A stretch of 64,000 nucleotides of DNA. It comes from Bacillales bacterium (GTDB lineage Bacteria; Bacillota_I; Bacilli_A; RFN20; CAG-826). The notes under the pieces were generated by a model. That model was not told where the DNA came from. It saw nothing but the letters and a program-made list of their open reading frames with translations, and ran no database searches. A program made the translations under genes and the position numbers. Positions 60,119 through 64,000 of this stretch are shown here, piece by piece (the stretch's first letter is position 1; each line of letters begins with the position of its first letter). The DNA lies in assembly GCA_052171195.1 (NCBI GenBank), contig JBQMZB010000002.1, forward strand, positions 1,276 to 65,275, in the 5' to 3' direction.

Positions 60119-62308
60119 ATGGAAAAGAAAGTATATGAATTAGAGTTTTTTAACAAAACGATTAGGGTTGAACTTAATCAATTAGCAAAACAAGCAGATG
60201 GTAGTGCTTTAGTAAGATTAAATGATACAACTGTATTATCTACAGTATGTTGTTCTGATAATCCAAAGGAAGGAGATTTCTTTCCTTTAACAATTGAATA
60301 TAAGGAAAAACAATACGCTTTAGGAAAAATCCCTGGTGGTTTTTTAAGAAGAGAGGGAAGAGCAGGAGAGCATGGAACATTAACCGCAAGATTAATTGAT
60401 AGACCAATAAGACCAATGTTTCCTGAAGGATTTAGAAACGAAGTTCAAATTATTAACACTGTTTTAAGTTGTGATTTAGATTCAACACCTGAAATGACTG
60501 CAATGTTTGGTAGTTCACTTGTTTTAGGAATTAGTGATATTCCTTTTGATGGACCAATAGCAGGAGTTTATGTTGGAAGAGTCGATGGGAAATTAATTAT
60601 AAATCCTACCATTGAAGAAAGAAAAAAATCAGATCTTAATCTTGCTGTTGCAGGTAGTATTGACGCTATTAACATGGTTGAAGCTGGAGCTCAAGAATTA
60701 AGTGAAGAAGAAATGCTTGATGCTTTAATGTTTGGTCATGAAGCTATCAAAAAATTATGTGAGTTTCAAAAACAAATTATTAAAGAAGTTGGTAAAGAAA
60801 AAAGAGAAATATCTTTATTTACACCAGATATAGAAATTAAAAATGATATTTATGGAAGAATTTATCAAAAAATGGTCCAATCAATTTCTATTTTTGATAA
60901 ATTAGAAAGACAAAATGCCATTGATTCTCTTAAAAATATCATTATCGAAGATTATGATTCAAGAGAATATAAAAACGAAAAAGAACATTTCAAAACAATG
61001 TTAATGGTTAATGATATTTTAGAAAATATGATTGCCGATGAAGTTAGAAGATTAATTACCGAAGAAAAAATAAGACCTGATGGAAGAAGAATTGATGAAA
61101 TCAGACCTTTATTTGCTGAAGTTGATTTATTACCATTGGTTCACGGAAGTGCTTTATTTACCAGAGGACAAACTCAAGTTCTTTCTGTTGTTACTTTAGG
61201 TACAAAAGAAGATGAACAAATAATAGATGATTTATCTCCAGAAAGTGAAAAGAAATGGTTACATCATTATAATTTCCCTCCATTTTCCGTTGGAGAAATT
61301 GGTAGAATGAGTGGTCCAGGAAGAAGAGAAATTGGTCATGGAGCATTAGGTGAAAGAAGTTTAAGTTATGTTTTACCTTCATATGAAGAGTTCCCTTATA
61401 CAATCAGGGCAGTTGCTGAAGTTTTAGAAAGTAACGGATCTTCTTCACAAGCTTCAATATGTGCCTCATGTATGGCACTTATGGCTGCCGGTGTACCAAT
61501 TAAAGGTATAGTTAGTGGTATCGCTATGGGATTAATTACTTCAGGTCCACTTGATGGAAAACATCCATACACTATTTTAACTGATATTCAAGGCTTAGAA
61601 GATCACTTTGGAGATATGGATTTTAAAGTAAGCGGAACTGAAAAAGGTATCACTGCATTACAAATGGATATTAAAATTAAAGGAATATCTAGAGAAATCT
61701 TAAAAGAAGCTTTAGAACAAGCAAATAAAGCAAGAGCTGAAATTAGACAAGTCATGGAAAAAGCAATTTCTAAACCAAGAGAAGAACTTGCTCCAACAGC
61801 TCCAAAATTTGATACATTCTATATTGATTCAGATAAAATTAGAGAAGTTATTGGTACAGGCGGGAAAGTCATTAATGAAATTATTGCATCTTGCAATGAT
61901 GTTAGAATCGATATTGAAGATGATGGAAAAGTAACTATTTATCATTATGATAGAGAATCAATTAATAAAGCTAAAAATATTATTCAAAACATTGTACGTG
62001 TTGCAGAAGTAGGCGAAATTTACGATGGAGTTGTAACTCGTGTTGAAGAATATGGTGCTTTTGTTAATTTATTTGGTGATACTGATGGGTTATGCCATGT
62101 TTCAAGACTTTCATGGGAATATGTAAAAGATGCTCATGATGTTGTTAGAGTTGGTGAAAATATTAAAGTTAAAGTAATTGATATTGATGAACATGGAAAA
62201 TTAAAATTATCTCATAAAGAATTTTTAGAAAAGAAAGAAGAAACCGATAAAAATAACAAAGAAGAATCAAAAAACGTTAAACATGGTTTCTTCAAAAGAA
62301 GAAAATAA
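60119..62308 (+). CDS. pnp: Polyribonucleotide nucleotidyltransferase (PNPase)
   Basis: Two RNase PH domains, KH (GxxG: VIGTGGKVI) and S1 domains; RBS TGAGGAAAA before the ATG at 60119 (ORF-track start 60086 is 11 codons upstream). Confidence 0.9.
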   Translation: MEKKVYELEFFNKTIRVELNQLAKQADGSALVRLNDTTVLSTVCCSDNPKEGDFFPLTIEYKEKQYALGKIPGGFLRREGRAGEHGTLTARLIDRPIRPMFPEGFRNEVQIINTVLSCDLDSTPEMTAMFGSSLVLGISDIPFDGPIAGVYVGRVDGKLIINPTIEERKKSDLNLAVAGSIDAINMVEAGAQELSEEEMLDALMFGHEAIKKLCEFQKQIIKEVGKEKREISLFTPDIEIKNDIYGRIYQKMVQSISIFDKLERQNAIDSLKNIIIEDYDSREYKNEKEHFKTMLMVNDILENMIADEVRRLITEEKIRPDGRRIDEIRPLFAEVDLLPLVHGSALFTRGQTQVLSVVTLGTKEDEQIIDDLSPESEKKWLHHYNFPPFSVGEIGRMSGPGRREIGHGALGERSLSYVLPSYEEFPYTIRAVAEVLESNGSSSQASICASCMALMAAGVPIKGIVSGIAMGLITSGPLDGKHPYTILTDIQGLEDHFGDMDFKVSGTEKGITALQMDIKIKGISREILKEALEQANKARAEIRQVMEKAISKPREELAPTAPKFDTFYIDSDKIREVIGTGGKVINEIIASCNDVRIDIEDDGKVTIYHYDRESINKAKNIIQNIVRVAEVGEIYDGVVTRVEEYGAFVNLFGDTDGLCHVSRLSWEYVKDAHDVVRVGENIKVKVIDIDEHGKLKLSHKEFLEKKEETDKNNKEESKNVKHGFFKRRK

Positions 62309-62412
62309 TTATTATTTTTAATTATATAAATAAAATAACAAAGTAATTTAATTTATTTTGTTATTTTTTTATGTTATTATAATTTTAGAATTTTTAAATA
62401 GAGGAATATAAT

Positions 62413-64000
62413 ATGGACAAAATTAAAATTTTAGCGCTAGGTGGTTTAGATGAAGACGGAAAGAATCTATACGTTATTGAAATAAATAATGATATTTTTG
62501 TTTTTAATGCTGGTTTTAAATATCCAAACAAACACACACCTGGAATTGATTTCATTATTGCTAATTTTAATTATTTAATTGAAAATAAAGATAGAATAAA
62601 AGGCTATATTTTGCCAAAAGCAAAAAAGAATAGTTTTGGTGCTCTTCCTTATATTTATAAACATTGTCCTGCTCCAATATATTGTACTTCCCTAACTAAG
62701 AAATATCTTTTAGAATTCGCTACTCATTATCATCAAGAATCTGATTTTGAATTTAATTTAATAAATTTACCTTCTACTATTAAAATTAATAACCATGAGT
62801 TTATTTTCTTTTCAACTTGCGCTTCTATGCCGTTGACTTTTGGTTTTTGTTTAAGAACTAGTCTTGGGAATGTCGTTTATTCTGGTGATTTTATTGTTGA
62901 ATATAGTAATGAAAAATTCTTCAAACTTGATTTAAATACTGTAGGTAAAATTGCTGAAGAATCAACATTGATTCTTATGAATGAATCAAGAAATTCTAGC
63001 GTGAAAGGATATTGTTCCCCAAACCATCGTTTATATCCTTTTTTTGAAAAAAGTTTTAATGATGCACAAGGAAGATGTTTTGTTGGATTAAGTAGCGATA
63101 ATCTTTATCATTTAAATGAGTTTTTTAAAGCATGTAATGATTTTAACCGACAAGTATGTTTTTACGATGAAGATACTAAAAAACTATATGACTTAAATAA
63201 AACTGGAGAACAATATTTTCCTAACATTACTATATCTCCATTATCTGAAGTTTTAAGAATAAAAGGGAAAGAACTTGTAATTTTAATTACCGGAGAAGAT
63301 GAAGAATTATATGATAAAATCTCTTTATTAGCCAATAATGAAAATGAAGCTAAACATGTTAGATTAACTCCAAATGACACTTTTATTTTAGCTTCAACAC
63401 CTAGCGATAACACTGAAATGATTGCTACATCAACAATCGATGAAGTTTATAAAACAGGATGTAATGTTAAATATATTCAAAAGAAAATGCTTCAAAAAAT
63501 GCATGCTTGCGAAGAAGATTTGAAAATGCTTATAAGCTTATTAAAACCAAAGTATTATTTCCCTATTGAAGGTTATTATGTTAATCTTTTGGATAACGCT
63601 AAAATTGCTTTTGGAATGGGCTTAAATTTATCGCATAACAATATATTTTTATTAGATAATGGACAAACAATTGAATTAACCAAAGATAGTTGTAACATTG
63701 ATTTTTCTAACAAATTAAAAGTTGAAACTGGAGATGTTATGATTGATGGAATTGGTGTCGGAGATGTTGTTAATGAAATTATTATCGATCGTACTAAATT
63801 AAGTGAAGATGGGGTTATAATTTTTGGTTCTGCCATTTCTAAATCACAAAGGAAAATAATTTGTGGACCAGATTTACAAATGAGAGGATTTTTATTTTTA
63901 AAGGACAAAGATGCTGATAATCTTTTAAAAGAATTACTTAATATGTATGTTGAAAATATTGAAAAATGGCTTGAAACTACTGATAATTTCGACAATTTAG
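62413..64000 (+). CDS. RNase J-like metallo-beta-lactamase/beta-CASP protein, 3'-partial, apparently lacking the HxHxDH motif
   Basis: RBS AGAGGAA; KILALGGLDEDGKNLYVIEINNDIFVFNAGFKYP matches the RNase J N-terminus; motif II reads GYILPKAKKNSFGALPY where RNase J has THGHEDHIGALPY; no stop before the window end. Confidence 0.65.
   Translation, partial: MDKIKILALGGLDEDGKNLYVIEINNDIFVFNAGFKYPNKHTPGIDFIIANFNYLIENKDRIKGYILPKAKKNSFGALPYIYKHCPAPIYCTSLTKKYLLEFATHYHQESDFEFNLINLPSTIKINNHEFIFFSTCASMPLTFGFCLRTSLGNVVYSGDFIVEYSNEKFFKLDLNTVGKIAEESTLILMNESRNSSVKGYCSPNHRLYPFFEKSFNDAQGRCFVGLSSDNLYHLNEFFKACNDFNRQVCFYDEDTKKLYDLNKTGEQYFPNITISPLSEVLRIKGKELVILITGEDEELYDKISLLANNENEAKHVRLTPNDTFILASTPSDNTEMIATSTIDEVYKTGCNVKYIQKKMLQKMHACEEDLKMLISLLKPKYYFPIEGYYVNLLDNAKIAFGMGLNLSHNNIFLLDNGQTIELTKDSCNIDFSNKLKVETGDVMIDGIGVGDVVNEIIIDRTKLSEDGVIIFGSAISKSQRKIICGPDLQMRGFLFLKDKDADNLLKELLNMYVENIEKWLETTDNFDNL

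Noticed and set aside
63162-63995. Two minus-strand ORFs (83 and 139 aa) at the window end
   Set aside because: They are antisense to the motif-supported, 3'-open RNase J-like frame starting at 62413. The plus-strand frame is absent from the ORF track only because it has no stop inside the window.
1-64000. CRISPR array
   Set aside because: No series of regularly spaced direct repeats of 24-40 bp was seen anywhere in the window, including the island.
1-64000. Mycoplasma-type genetic code (UGA = Trp)
   Set aside because: All long conserved proteins (InfB, ClpB, PNPase, NusA, GltX) are recovered full-length with TGA as a stop, and Trp is encoded by TGG, so the standard code (table 11) applies.

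Overview
This is a very AT-rich (about 25% GC) chromosomal segment that uses the standard genetic code: TGA acts as a stop and full-length housekeeping proteins are recovered. It looks like a low-GC Firmicutes or Acholeplasma/Erysipelotrichia-type organism. A ClpB that lacks the N-domain and a reduced competence-pilus locus point towards a Mollicutes-like lineage. Most of the window is core genome: an ECF transporter, ABC transporters, ezrA, iscS-like cysteine desulfurase and thiI, infC-rpmI-rplT, clpB, pitA with a DUF47 partner, cdaA, deoD, gltX, xth, and the rimP-nusA-ylxR-infB-rbfA cluster. It also holds ribF, rpsO, pnp, a 3'-partial RNase J-like gene and seven tRNAs. The stand-out region is a roughly 10.5 kb accessory block (about 28.8-39.2 kb) inserted between gltX, an unusual tRNA-Glu(CUC), and xth. 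It carries an IS3 transposase remnant, a GmrSD-type (DUF262+DUF1524) type IV restriction enzyme, a Fic AMPylase and a DEDDh exonuclease gene broken by an in-frame stop. It also carries an overlapping three-gene module: an Upf1/DNA2-like SF1 helicase with a large uncharacterised N-terminal domain, plus two proteins (495 and 262 aa) with no recognisable domains. I regard that module as a candidate undescribed defence system. A second region of interest (44.0-48.6 kb) is a highly divergent, apparently split type IV filament/competence-like locus. Other oddities are a probable AUU start for infC, an RNase J paralog lacking the HxHxDH metal-binding motif, and NusA with a long acidic tail. All coordinates are read by eye from the printed sequence and may be off by 1-2 nt.
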